NCBI GenBank assembly: GCA_963823665.1
Contig: CAWGMQ010000003.1
Coordinates: 1,664,001-1,728,000 of the forward strand
From: an uncultured Planctomycetota bacterium
Lineage (GTDB): Bacteria > Planctomycetota > Planctomycetia > Isosphaerales > Isosphaeraceae
DNA length: 64,000 nt
Direction of reading: 5' to 3'
Shown here: piece by piece, positions 1 to 8,311 of the stretch
Numbering within the stretch: the first letter of the stretch is position 1
How the letters are laid out: every line of letters begins with the position of its first letter
Translations under genes and position numbers: made by a program
Notes under the pieces: generated by a model
What the model was told of the DNA's origin: nothing
Seen by the model: only the letters and a program-made list of their open reading frames with translations
Databases searched by the model: none

Positions 1-326
1 GTCACGTTCCGCGACGCCCCGATGTTGACCCCGTAAGGCTTCGCCGAAAGCATCGGGATGGTCAGCCTCAGTGTGCTCGTCCCGTTATCCGTAACCTGGA
101 TCGCCCCCTGGCCAACAACCGCCAGGAATGGAAGATTCGCGGGATTCGCCGCCACCGCCGCCAGATTATCCACCACCTGCTGATACTGCAGCTCGGGCAG
201 CCTGCTGAGCGTCCGGTGGGCAGTGAACTCAAGCTGCCTGTGCAAACACCCCCCAGCGAACCCCAGCGCGAAAGCACTGTAAACCACTAAAGATAAAAGA
301 CTTCGTCGTCCCATCCTGGAGATCAT
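1..326 (-). CDS. Putative lipoprotein (5' part; runs off window start)
   Basis: Hand translation MISRMGRRSLLSLVVYSAFALGFAGGCLHRQLEF...YQQVVDNLA; signal peptide with lipobox-like AGGC; SD-like AAGGAG 8 nt upstream; not in ORF track. Confidence 0.75.
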   Translation of the reverse strand, partial: MISRMGRRSLLSLVVYSAFALGFAGGCLHRQLEFTAHRTLSRLPELQYQQVVDNLAAVAANPANLPFLAVVGQGAIQVTDNGTSTLRLTIPMLSAKPYGVNIGASRNV

Positions 327-585
327 CGGCGACACTCCTTGTTCGGACACGGTCCTGGTAATCCGGGGCCGGACTCGCCGCACTGGCTGTGCCGCACTTA
401 TTCATCGGACCTCAGAAGGGCTTTAATAAGCGTTTTAGTCGCCAAAATCGCAATTACCCAAAAACTCCGCGCCAACATCACGCTGGCGCGCTGGGAACTC
501 GTACTTGCGATGTTGAATCGAGTTCTCCCCCCCGGGACGTTGTAATCGCGCGAGATAGACGTGGCACACCAGCGACGGCGTTCCC

Positions 586-607
586 GTAGTGTGGGTGCAA
601 CCCACCG
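586..607. repeat. REP-like palindrome
   Basis: GTAG followed by hairpin GTGGGT-GCA-ACCCAC in an intergenic region. Confidence 0.4.
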
Positions 608-708
608 TCTTCACACAGCTTGCGGCAGGTCGCATCGGCTAAGTAGGCAACGAACCCGCGCTGGCCCCTGATGGCGTGCGATACGTTACCGATAGCAGAG
701 TTTGATCG

Positions 709-885
709 ATGACCGACCACAAATCCGAAGACAACGATCTTACTCCCGAGCAGTGGACGGCTGAAGTTAAGCAGTTCATCAGAGATTTGATCGTTCCTGG
801 CTTTATCCAGCAGCACGAAGGCAAATGGGTTCATCGAACGGATCCCGATACTTGGTATGAGTTCGATCCCTCACTAACGAAATAA
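709..885 (+). CDS. Small hypothetical protein (58 aa)
   Basis: ATG709..TAA885, MTDHKSEDNDLTPEQWTAEVKQFIRDLIVPGFIQQHEGKWVHRTDPDTWYEFDPSLTK; below ORF-track cutoff. Confidence 0.45.
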   Translation: MTDHKSEDNDLTPEQWTAEVKQFIRDLIVPGFIQQHEGKWVHRTDPDTWYEFDPSLTK

Positions 886-1005
886 CGATTTCAGCGAAAG
901 CGCTTCGATAAACCGATTCACGCGCACGAATCCGCGGTGCCTCTCTCCGATCGATCAAAGCGGCTTCGAATCCCCGCTCGTCATCATCCGTTCGACTTCA
1001 AACCC

Positions 1006-1205
1006 ACATTCTTGAATTCTTCGCGCCTTCCCTTGGCGCCTTTGCGACTTTGCATGTGTATATCTTCATACAAACATTCTTGAATTCGTCGCGCCATGCC
1101 TTTGCGACTTTGCGTGAGCCCGTCTCCCCTTTTCCGTTCAATAACCCGGCCCAAATCGTCACTCCCATTCGCGTGAGCTTCTCCTCCCGTGATACCGCCC
1201 ACGCC
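1006..1205. repeat. Dispersed repeat, left copy (partly duplicated internally); similar to 14037-14178
   Basis: 1011-1053 matches 14037-14079 at 41/43 nt; second partial unit from 1074; weaker similarity continues to GATACCGCC near 1200. Confidence 0.75.
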
Positions 1206-1269
1206 CGCGTGTGCTCGGGCATTCCGGTAGGCGTAGCCTGCGATGGAAGACGCATTCTCACACTCGCGA

Positions 1270-1956
1270 TCAACTCTCGCCTGGAATCCTGCTCTTGCGA
1301 CCCGGTTTCTTCGCCTTCTTCACTCGCTTTTCATCCTCGATCGTATCAACATATTCATCGAGCCAGTCGACACCCCCGCGGAGGTTCATCATGAAACAGC
1401 GAACCTCGATGTCCCAGAGATGTTTCAGAGACTCGAGATCCGGGTTCTTCCCGTAGGAACGCTTGACGATCTCCCGGAATCTCCTGGAGATCGGATCCGT
1501 CTCGCCAGGAGGATACGGGTCGACTCGACGCTCGCGGCAATAGTTGTCGATATCAGCCTTGAGCAAGAACGCCTGGCGGCTGTGATCCTTATGCTCGGCC
1601 TCCAGGTCATAAATGTTGTGGCCGGCATCCGGGTCGTACTTCACGTACGACTGATCAAAAAACTCCGTGTAGGCACCGCAATCGCGGTGCTCGACAACGT
1701 ATACATATTTAATTTGATGGAGGCCCACGGCCAGGACCAGGTGATCGAAGAACGCCTTGTGCCAGGCAGGCATCTGCATGGCACCGGCCGCCGCTCCGGC
1801 CAGGATGAACTGGTCGAAGCGGTTTTCAAGGTTCTCGAAATTCATGAACTTCACCAGATTATCCAGCAACCTCAGGTCCATGCAGCTCAAAAGGAGCACG
1901 TTCTTGCGAGGGGAGGTGTGGGTCGTGCTCTGGTAATCGGCTTGGCTGACGTCCAT
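1270..1956 (-). CDS. Beta-class carbonic anhydrase-like protein
   Basis: SCMDLR (CxDxR) and EHRDCGAY (HxxC) zinc-ligand motifs; start chosen at MDVSQ. Confidence 0.8.
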   Translation of the reverse strand: MDVSQADYQSTTHTSPRKNVLLLSCMDLRLLDNLVKFMNFENLENRFDQFILAGAAAGAMQMPAWHKAFFDHLVLAVGLHQIKYVYVVEHRDCGAYTEFFDQSYVKYDPDAGHNIYDLEAEHKDHSRQAFLLKADIDNYCRERRVDPYPPGETDPISRRFREIVKRSYGKNPDLESLKHLWDIEVRCFMMNLRGGVDWLDEYVDTIEDEKRVKKAKKPGRKSRIPGES

Positions 1957-2153
1957 AGATCGGTCCCTGATAGTTTCCCTGTTCTCGTTCACGATCCCCA
2001 CTGCCCGATTGTAAGATAATTTCAATTCGAGGACGGCGCCCGAGTCCTCTCGATTCGCTGTTGGGCGACTTCGAGTTCGTGGGTGGATATCCGGCCGGTA
2101 TTGTGTTGCGATGGGATGCGGTAAGGCTATCATCAACATTAGAATGTGTTCAT

Positions 2154-2213
2154 GCCTGACGAGGCGATCCAGCGGACCCGCCTGCGGCGGGCCGCTGAAC
2201 TTTCGCGTCAAAT
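2154..2213 (+). repeat. attC-like site, short class
   Basis: GCCTGAC..GATCCAGCGGACCCGC..GCGGGCCGCTGAAC..GTCAAAT. Confidence 0.85.
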
Positions 2214-2231
2214 GGCTTCGGGGGAGCGAGC

Positions 2232-2483
2232 GTGAAAACTGTCGTCGTGGTGCCGATACGCGGCCAGGGCAACGCCTGGAAGGTGGCCGAGCCGTCGGAT
2301 CCGCCCGCCAGGGTGCAAGATCGCGTGGTCACGCTCGAGATCCAGGGCAACGCCGCAGAGGGTTACCACCTCGTGATGAGCCCGGCCGGCTGCTTCACCG
2401 CGGACACTTGGCACGCGAGCGTCGAGGATGCCAAGGCCACCGCCGCGAAACTGTTTGGTGTCCCTCCCCAAGAGTGGTCATAG
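2232..2483 (+). CDS. Cassette hypothetical protein (83 aa)
   Basis: GTG start after GGGGAG; fills the space between two attC-like sites. Confidence 0.75.
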   Translation: MKTVVVVPIRGQGNAWKVAEPSDPPARVQDRVVTLEIQGNAAEGYHLVMSPAGCFTADTWHASVEDAKATAAKLFGVPPQEWS

Positions 2484-2485
2484 CC

Positions 2486-2590
2486 GCCTAACCATGACGG
2501 ATCGGAGTCCGCGAAGCCAGACCTCCAATCAATGTACAACAAGCCCGGCGATGACCGCGCAGAGCCCTGAGCATGGGAAACGCTCGGCGG
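2486..2590 (+). repeat. Degenerate attC-like site, long class
   Basis: GCCTAAC just after the stop, central GTACAAC, CCCTGAGC right arm; R' unclear. Confidence 0.5.
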
Positions 2591-2599
2591 CAGGGTCGA

Positions 2600-2737
2600 T
2601 CAACGATCGGTAAGCCCTGCCGTCTTTATCGCCTGAGGGTTCGCACCGCAGTCGCCACGCAGCACTCCTGGCTTCGCGTGCACCTGATCGAGCAGTCCGG
2701 GCGGCCTTGCATCACTCGTCGCGTGACCATTCGTCAT
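2600..2737 (-). pseudogene. intI: Possible decayed 5' remnant of an integron integrase
   Basis: MTNGHATSDARPPGLLDQVHAKPGVLR resembles IntI N-termini (P-x-LLDQVR-x-x-x-R-x-x-HYS); divergent from the downstream cassettes; no catalytic domain. Confidence 0.35.
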
Positions 2738-2921
2738 CTTTCTATGTTTTCGTTTGGAATCCCAATTCTGCGTCCGTAGGATCATTTGAAATCGAGGACA
2801 GTGCCTGACTGCTCGGCAGTGTTTCCTGCTCGACGTTGGGCAGCACGTCCGGCGGAATGAGAAAAAACGCGGTTTCTGTCGAATTCTTGTGAGCACACGT
2901 TCAAGCCACACTGATCCCAAG

Positions 2922-3372
2922 ATGAAGCGTCCACTTCGCATCGGCAGCTTGGCGCAGTACATCGAGGCGACGAACTCCGTACGCGACTCATGGATCGGGA
3001 AAGGCGCGTACTTCGACCCCTGGTTCCGTGGGCACACCGACGCCGACTGGGAACTTACTGCTTCTCTGATTCGGCTCGGCCTCGAAGATCACGAGGACGC
3101 GATTCGATCGGAGCTCATTTGATCCACCCCACATCGCTCGCCGCGTCGCGGTTCAGCAGAGCCGATTCACGATTCACGGGACCGCGGCGAACGGAATTGA
3201 GTTGTTAGGGCGGCGGCGGGGTTCGCGTTTACAGAAGTTGGTAATTGACCAGGAAGCAATTGTTAAGGTGCGCGTTGACCTGTACACTGCCGGCATCACG
3301 GACACCAGTGTCTTCCCCGACCTCCAGGGGCTCAGCCAGGAACTCACTCGCTACTTCACGGACGACTGGTAG
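2922..3372 (+). pseudogene. FRG domain protein cassette with internal deletion and frameshift
   Basis: N-part WFRGHTDADWELTASLIR stops at 3122; another frame gives PPHIARRVAVQQSRFTIHG...GITDTSVFPDLQGL to TAG3372; central QHYG-x-PTRLLDW segment missing. Confidence 0.75.
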
Positions 3373-3433
3373 CAGAACACGCTTTAAGCTTGCAGGACGC
3401 TCGACGGCAGGATCGCTCAACGATCATTCAGGC
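3372..3433 (+). repeat. Degenerate attC-like site
   Basis: GCAGAAC overlapping the FRG stop; eroded arms; TTCAGGC at the end. Confidence 0.35.
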
Positions 3434-3515
3434 ATGCGCCGCTGGTCGTGACTCGAGTATCGGGCCGCGGACGCCATATTGTCGGCGGCAGCCACTTTGC
3501 GGTAGTCTCCAAGGT

Positions 3516-3719
3516 ATGAGCGTAGAAGAACTCCAGGCCGCCGTCGCACAGCTCCCCGCTGAGGAGCTCGATCGCTTTTCGCACTGGTTCGAGGAGTTCC
3601 TGGCGGATCAATGGGATCGGCGAATCGAGGCCGATATCCTGGCCGGGCGCCTTGAAGCCGCGGGCCGCCGCGCCGACGAGGACTTCGAAGCCGGCCGCTG
3701 CACGCCGCTCTCGCCGTGA
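3516..3719 (+). CDS. Putative type II antitoxin
   Basis: MSVEELQAAVAQLPAEEL...WDRRIEADILAGRL; stop overlaps toxin start (GTGA). Confidence 0.8.
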   Translation: MSVEELQAAVAQLPAEELDRFSHWFEEFLADQWDRRIEADILAGRLEAAGRRADEDFEAGRCTPLSP

Positions 3720-3973
3720 ACCACTTCGCCACCCCGGAGTTCTGGTTCCACTATCGCCGCCTACCGGCGGAAACCCGCGACCTGGCTGACCAATGCTTCG
3801 CGATGCTCCAAGCTGATCCGCGCCATCCGTCGCTGCGATTCAAGAAGGTCGGGGATTTCTGGTCTGCTCGTGTCGGTCTCCGCATCCGCGCGCTCGCGAG
3901 GCAGCGCCCCGAGGGCTTGGTCTGGTTCTGGATCGGTCCCCATGATCGCTACGAGCAACTGATCGCTCAATGA
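3716..3973 (+). CDS. RelE/ParE-like type II toxin
   Basis: FWFHYRRLP...DPRHPSLRFKKVG..WSARVG...WFWIGPHDRYEQL pattern. Confidence 0.85.
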   Translation: MNHFATPEFWFHYRRLPAETRDLADQCFAMLQADPRHPSLRFKKVGDFWSARVGLRIRALARQRPEGLVWFWIGPHDRYEQLIAQ

Positions 3974-4034
3974 ACGACAAGCGGACCCGCCCCAGCGGAC
4001 CCGCTCCGCGGGCCGGCGGTCTGCGGCGTTAGCC
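3969..4034 (+). repeat. attC-like site (partly degenerate)
   Basis: AATGAAC..CAGCGGACCCGC..GCGGGCCG..GTTAGCC. Confidence 0.7.
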
Positions 4035-4048
4035 TGCGGGAGGCGCGG

Positions 4049-4414
4049 ATGCTCGGGCTGCTCGAAGTTCTCTGGTGGCATCACTGGTCCTGTCCCCGAA
4101 CCATCGAGTCGGCCGCGCATGACTTCCTCAACGCTCGCAACCCGGAGCGAGTCAGGGCTGTCACGCACGTGGGATCGCGGGCCGCCTGGCCCATTCGCTG
4201 GCCCAACTGGAGGCTCAATCGACCGCGGTCGTAGCCGACACCGCGCGGCGGGCGATCCACGACGTGTGGCTGGCAATCGTCGACGATTACGAGAACGGTC
4301 GATCAAATCTGTCGAGCGCTTATCTCGCCAATGTTCATGCGAGGCTAGCGGCGGCTAGCTCGGGAGTACGCGAGACAGCAGGCGCCAGGCGGCGGCGCTC
4401 CGGGCATCGCATAA
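4049..4414 (+). pseudogene. Disrupted cassette ORF, hypothetical
   Basis: ATG after GGAGG; coding signal split over several frames; final frame ends at TAA inside R'' GCATAAC. Confidence 0.5.
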
Positions 4415-4506
4415 CCGTCGCTGCAACGGACCCGGCCCGCCGCGGCTTCGTGATACAATCCACGCTCGTGCTCGGTGGGCCGGGCCGCTGAGCTCATGCG
4501 TTAGGG
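4409..4506 (+). repeat. attC-like site, long class, TGATACAAT in central region
   Basis: GCATAAC..CAACGGACCCGGCCCGCC..GGTGGGCCGGGCCGCTGAGC..GTTAGGG. Confidence 0.9.
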
Positions 4507-4523
4507 GGCGGGGGGTCCACAAG

Positions 4524-4775
4524 ATGGTGGATGCATGTCCCAGTTGCGGCGCGCCAGTCGGCCAGCTTCACGAGCCGTTCTGCAACCGGGAGCTGTGTCC
4601 CTTCTGCGGCGACTTCATCACCACTTGCGACTGCATCTTCGAGGTGCTGTCGCTCACGGCCGAGGAGTGTGAGCTCGTCGAGAAGTTCGAGGACGACTCA
4701 GTCCAGCCCCTCCGGGGTATCTGCGACCGCTGGAGCGAAGCAGTTGAAGCCAAGGGGCGGGTTCCGTACGCTTGA
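4524..4775 (+). CDS. Cys-rich putative zinc-binding cassette protein
   Basis: CPSCG...H..FC...CPFCG...CDC. Confidence 0.75.
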   Translation: MVDACPSCGAPVGQLHEPFCNRELCPFCGDFITTCDCIFEVLSLTAEECELVEKFEDDSVQPLRGICDRWSEAVEAKGRVPYA

Positions 4776-4812
4776 GTCACTGCTTAAGCATCGGCGGCCT
4801 CAGCCGTGACAA

Positions 4813-4872
4813 CCCCTACATTGCGATGCAGCGGACCCGCCTGCGGCGGGCCGCTGATCCTTGTCGTCAGGC
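4813..4872 (+). repeat. attC-like site, short class
   Basis: CCCCTAC..GATGCAGCGGACCCGCCTGCGGCGGGCCGCTGATC..GTCAGGC. Confidence 0.85.
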
Positions 4873-4891
4873 CTGCACGGACCACGGACAC

Positions 4892-5209
4892 ATGGCAACG
4901 TGGCAATACGAGCTTGTGGACCCGCCCTTCGAACCTCGGGCTCGCGAACTCTGGCTGCAGCACGCTGCAGGGTTCATCATCTTTCAGGATGTTTGTGACA
5001 AGGCGACGGAATGTGCATGGGCTATCACGGCTGGCTCGAAGGTGATTTTGGCAAACATCCAGTCGCGGTATCGCGACCCAGCGAGGGTGATGGCGAGGCC
5101 CAGCCCTGACGAATCGCCGCGTCAGCCCCGGCCCCCGGCGATGCTTTGTGTTAGATTCGTGGCTGCGCCCGGCCAGCCCCTCGCACGCCGGGCGCGGAAC
5201 GCCGCCTGA
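4892..5209 (+). CDS. Cassette hypothetical protein (possibly internally deleted)
   Basis: MATWQYELVDPP...; TGA overlaps R'' GCCTGAC. Confidence 0.55.
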   Translation: MATWQYELVDPPFEPRARELWLQHAAGFIIFQDVCDKATECAWAITAGSKVILANIQSRYRDPARVMARPSPDESPRQPRPPAMLCVRFVAAPGQPLARRARNAA

Positions 5210-5307
5210 CCGGCGAGCCAGCAGACAAGCCAGTCGGCTGGCCGCTGTTCTTTAGTACAATCACGGCTCCGCCCGACGGTCGGTCCGCTAAGCTTTGGTC
5301 GTCAGGC
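5204..5307 (+). repeat. attC-like site, long class, TAGTACAAT in central region
   Basis: GCCTGAC..CAGCAGAC..GTCCGCTAAGC..GTCAGGC. Confidence 0.8.
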
Positions 5308-5320
5308 ACCGAGGAAATCA

Positions 5321-5608
5321 ATGTCTCCAGTCGTCCCCGAAGCGTGGAAGCCGCGGCTGCGGCAGTATCTCCGCCAGCGGCGTGGCGAGGAGCGCGACCG
5401 CCTCTCGGCCGATGATTTCCCACCGGGGCTGTGCGTCCTCATCCGCTTCCCCGATGGTTCCCACGTCCTCTTTCGGTATGCGTTCGCCATCCTGGATGAG
5501 GCGGCCGGCGAGGTCATCGTCTTCACGGAGCACTGCGGGTACCATGTATTTCCGCTCGGTGATGCCGAGGTCGAAGAACTGCAATCGTCGGATTCACGGG
5601 TCCGCTGA
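5321..5608 (+). CDS. Cassette hypothetical protein (95 aa)
   Basis: ATG after GAGGA; bounded by attC-like sites. Confidence 0.75.
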   Translation: MSPVVPEAWKPRLRQYLRQRRGEERDRLSADDFPPGLCVLIRFPDGSHVLFRYAFAILDEAAGEVIVFTEHCGYHVFPLGDAEVEELQSSDSRVR

Positions 5609-5609
5609 T

Positions 5610-5669
5610 GTCTAATATTGCGATGCAGCAGACACCGCTGCGCGGGGCCGCTGATCCGCGTTGTTAGCC
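5610..5669 (+). repeat. attC-like site, short class
   Basis: GTCTAAT..GATGCAGCAGAC..GGCCGCTGATC..GTTAGCC. Confidence 0.8.
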
Positions 5670-5687
5670 GAGGGGGGAAGGTGGACC

Positions 5688-6126
5688 ATGTCGTTCTCCG
5701 AGAACATGGCCAAGGTCGTGGCCGACCAGCTCGCTCGCTTCGTCACCCTCAACACGCATCAACTCGCTGGCCATGTGGCCAACCTCGACTTCTGGGTCTC
5801 TCAGGCCCGGCACGCCTTGGAGGTCATCGACGGCTACGAGCCACGATTCCGCCAGCTCAAGGCGGCGCAAGATCAGTACGTGGCCGAGCACCGGACCGAG
5901 AACCTTTCTGCCCAGCGACCCTGATATCCACGGGTCACCGGACCCGCCACGGCGTGTCGCACATGCGGCTCTGCGTGAGGCCCGTCGCTCGGTTACGGAG
6001 CCGACTTACCGCTTCCTGGTGCGCTGCTGCAACGACGGTCTGATCGCGGAGTCGAAGTTGCGAGCCATCTGCTTTAACCTGGATACCGGCGTCGAGTCCG
6101 CAGACATTCGTCGAAGACGGGGCTAA
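5688..6126 (+). CDS. Cassette hypothetical protein, frameshift near 5900
   Basis: MSFSENMAKVV... joins ...DPDIHGSPDPPRRV...RRRG; TAA inside GGCTAAC. Confidence 0.65.
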
Positions 6127-6181
6127 CGTTGCGATCCAGCGGACCCGCCTCGCGGCGGGCCCCGGAACTGGAGCTTCAGGC
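6121..6181 (+). repeat. attC-like site, short class, right end eroded
   Basis: GGCTAAC..GATCCAGCGGACCCGCC..GGCGGGCCCC. Confidence 0.75.
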
Positions 6182-6189
6182 GGCGCGAA

Positions 6190-6579
6190 ATACACCCTCA
6201 CGAGGCGGCGACAATTCGAGCATTTGTATCTCCGTCGCGTCGAGAGCGATGGCTCGGCCTCCTGGCATCGGCGAAGCGGCGTCGCTCGTTCCTCGGCCGA
6301 CTGAATCACTGCCGAGACATTGATGAACGATATGCCACGCCGGTTCCCTCGAGCGCCAACATCGCCGCAGTGCTCGGTTCTCATGGCGCACCGGAGACTT
6401 GCTACGTCCTCTCCGATATCCCGACGATAGACGGCCGGGAGTTACCCCTCGATGAGGCCATCGATCAGGTCGAGTTGGCCATGTGGGGAACACTCATCAG
6501 TTGCGTTCCCGGTCGCCTCGCGTACTACTATGATGAGTGTGGCGCTCGACGCTGGCTGCTACAGCGATCGACCGTTTGA
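6190..6579 (+). CDS. Cassette hypothetical protein, copy 1 (start reads ATA)
   Basis: 390-nt near-identical copy of 7812-8201. Confidence 0.7.
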   Translation: MHPHEAATIRAFVSPSRRERWLGLLASAKRRRSFLGRLNHCRDIDERYATPVPSSANIAAVLGSHGAPETCYVLSDIPTIDGRELPLDEAIDQVELAMWGTLISCVPGRLAYYYDECGARRWLLQRSTV

Positions 6580-6672
6580 CCCGGTGCTGCAGCGGACCCG
6601 CACGCCGCGGCGGCTTCTGGTACAATCGACAGCGGCTCGGGCGGGCCGGTCCGCTGAGCTTCGCTCTTGGAA
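6574..6672 (+). repeat. attC-like site, long class, TGGTACAAT in central region
   Basis: GTTTGAC..CTGCAGCGGACC..GGTCCGCTGAGC; R' degenerate. Confidence 0.8.
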
Positions 6673-6834
6673 GGTGATAACTATGCATGCGTGGGCGAGG
6701 CGAAACCTCGACGTCACTTACTATGCTCGATGGCTCAATCCGTATGCCCAGCATCGGTGACTTGGTCAAGTCTATCGAGTGTCGTGGGCTGGGCCTTGGG
6801 TCTCCTCGAAGCCGGCGGATTCGAGCTGGGGCGA

Positions 6835-6892
6835 GCCTGACGAGGCGATGCAGCGGGCCCGCTCCGCGGACCGCTAAATTCCGTCGTTAGGT
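6835..6892 (+). repeat. attC-like site, short class
   Basis: GCCTGAC..GATGCAGCGG..CCGCTAAAT..GTTAGGT. Confidence 0.8.
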
Positions 6893-6908
6893 TCAGCGGA
6901 GGTGAGCG

Positions 6909-7313
6909 GTGGCGCGACGCTGGAAGTTGTGGGTGATCGGGATCTCCGTCGCCGCTACCGCCGTCCTCCTGGGGTGGTGGGCGACCGGTAAGGTCCTAGC
7001 TCCTCCCCTGAGACCGGAGAACTTCAACCAATTGCGGACCGGGATGCCCCAGTCCGAAGTAGAAGAGTTGCTCGGCGGTCCGCCCGGCAACTACGGCCAC
7101 GGCGGTGAAGCGATGATGACGGACGAAGGGTTCCGCAGTCCGCCCGGGTCGGTCCAGCGGATCTGGTGCGATGACAAGAACAGGCTCGAGCTGTACTTCG
7201 ACACCCGGGCGCGATTGGTCGGGTACCACAAGCGGGCGGGCTATACCCAGTCCCCGCCCGACGGATTCTTGGCTCGTCCGTGGCAGTCGAGTCGACGATT
7301 CTTGGGGCTCTGA
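6909..7313 (+). CDS. Membrane-anchored cassette protein with SmpA/BamE-like motif
   Basis: N-terminal hydrophobic segment; ENFNQLRTGMPQSEVEELLGGPPG. Confidence 0.7.
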   Translation: MARRWKLWVIGISVAATAVLLGWWATGKVLAPPLRPENFNQLRTGMPQSEVEELLGGPPGNYGHGGEAMMTDEGFRSPPGSVQRIWCDDKNRLELYFDTRARLVGYHKRAGYTQSPPDGFLARPWQSSRRFLGL

Positions 7314-7348
7314 CCAGAGCGACGTCGGGCCTGACCTTGGCGTTAGCC
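7308..7348 (+). repeat. Internally deleted attC-like site (41 bp)
   Basis: CTCTGAC ... GTTAGCC with L boxes largely missing. Confidence 0.55.
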
Positions 7349-7361
7349 CGCGAGGGCACCG

Positions 7362-7748
7362 GTGAGACGTTCTCGAAAGGATAGCCGACGCCGCATCACC
7401 ATCGATGGCGTGGTCTACCGCTATCGTGTCTCTCCCAACAATGGCTTCATCACACTCACCGCGAAACCGAAAGGTTTCCGCGGGCAATTGCTCTCGGTCA
7501 CCTACGGCTACCACGACGATTGGGTGCCAGTCGGCGGCGGGGCTTTTACCTCAGGCGGTCACCGCCTCATACTGCCGCGTGTGGTGCGCCAGGCGATACT
7601 CGAAGGGCTGCGTCGAGGCTGGGATCCGATGGCATCAAAGCCGGGTGTATTCCGGGTGCATGATGGCGACAGCTTGCCCCAGGAAGACGAATGGCCCCGC
7701 TTCACTTCAGACCGGTCAACCTCGAAGCCATCGGGTGGCGTGCGCTAA
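7362..7748 (+). CDS. Cassette hypothetical protein (128 aa)
   Basis: RRITIDGVVYRYRV...ILPRVVRQAILEGLRRGWDP. Confidence 0.75.
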   Translation: MRRSRKDSRRRITIDGVVYRYRVSPNNGFITLTAKPKGFRGQLLSVTYGYHDDWVPVGGGAFTSGGHRLILPRVVRQAILEGLRRGWDPMASKPGVFRVHDGDSLPQEDEWPRFTSDRSTSKPSGGVR

Positions 7749-7803
7749 AACTGCGGTCTAGCGGACCCGCCTGGCGGCGGGCCCCTGATCTGGGACGTTC
7801 GGC
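7743..7803 (+). repeat. attC-like site, short class
   Basis: CGCTAAA..TAGCGGACCCGCC..GGCGGGCCCCTGATC..GTTCGGC. Confidence 0.8.
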
Positions 7804-7811
7804 GGCGGAAA

Positions 7812-8201
7812 ATGCACCCTCACGAGGAAGCGACAGTTCGAGCATTTGTATCTCCGTCGCGTCGAGAGCGATGGCTCGGCCTCCTGGCATCGGCGAAGCG
7901 CCGTCGCTCGTTCCTCGGCCGACCGAATCACTGCCGAGACATTGATGAGCGATATACCACGCCGGTTCCCTCGAGCGCCAACATCGCCGCACTGCTCCGT
8001 TCTCATGGCGCACCGGAGACTTGCTACGTCCTCTCCGATATCCCGACGATAGACGGCCGGGAGTTACCCCTCGATGAGGCCATCGATCAGGTCGAGTTGG
8101 CCATGTGGGGAACACTCATCAGTTGCGTACCCGGTCGCCTCGCGTACTACTATGATGAGTGTGGCGCTCGACGCTGGCTGCTACAGCGATCGACCGTTTG
8201 A
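7812..8201 (+). CDS. Cassette hypothetical protein, copy 2 (129 aa)
   Basis: Intact ATG; duplicate of 6190-6579. Confidence 0.8.
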   Translation: MHPHEEATVRAFVSPSRRERWLGLLASAKRRRSFLGRPNHCRDIDERYTTPVPSSANIAALLRSHGAPETCYVLSDIPTIDGRELPLDEAIDQVELAMWGTLISCVPGRLAYYYDECGARRWLLQRSTV

Positions 8202-8294
8202 CCGTGTGCTCCAGCGGACCCGCCCGCCGCGGCGTTTCTGCTACAATCAAGGTTCCGCCCGGCGGACCGAACCGCTAAGCTTTGGTCGTTAGGT
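8196..8294 (+). repeat. attC-like site, long class, TGCTACAAT in central region
   Basis: GTTTGAC..CTCCAGCGGACC..CCGCTAAGC..GTTAGGT. Confidence 0.85.
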
Positions 8295-8311
8295 GGCAGA
8301 GACTGCAGGCC

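Noticed and set aside
961..985. GCTTCGAATCCCCGC as a tRNA T-arm or integration-site remnant
   Set aside because: Only a short TTCGAATCC match; no cloverleaf or CCA end could be built
1..2150. Intact integron integrase upstream of the array
   Set aside because: No ORF with tyrosine recombinase R-H-R-Y motifs; the region holds a lipoprotein, a small ORF and a carbonic anhydrase-like gene
3120..3122. TGA of the FRG fragment as a recoded stop
   Set aside because: Homology-like motifs resume in a different frame after a large deletion, so readthrough would not restore the protein
3204..3210. GTTAGGG as an attC R' site
   Set aside because: Lies inside the FRG C-terminal coding frame with no upstream R'' or L boxes
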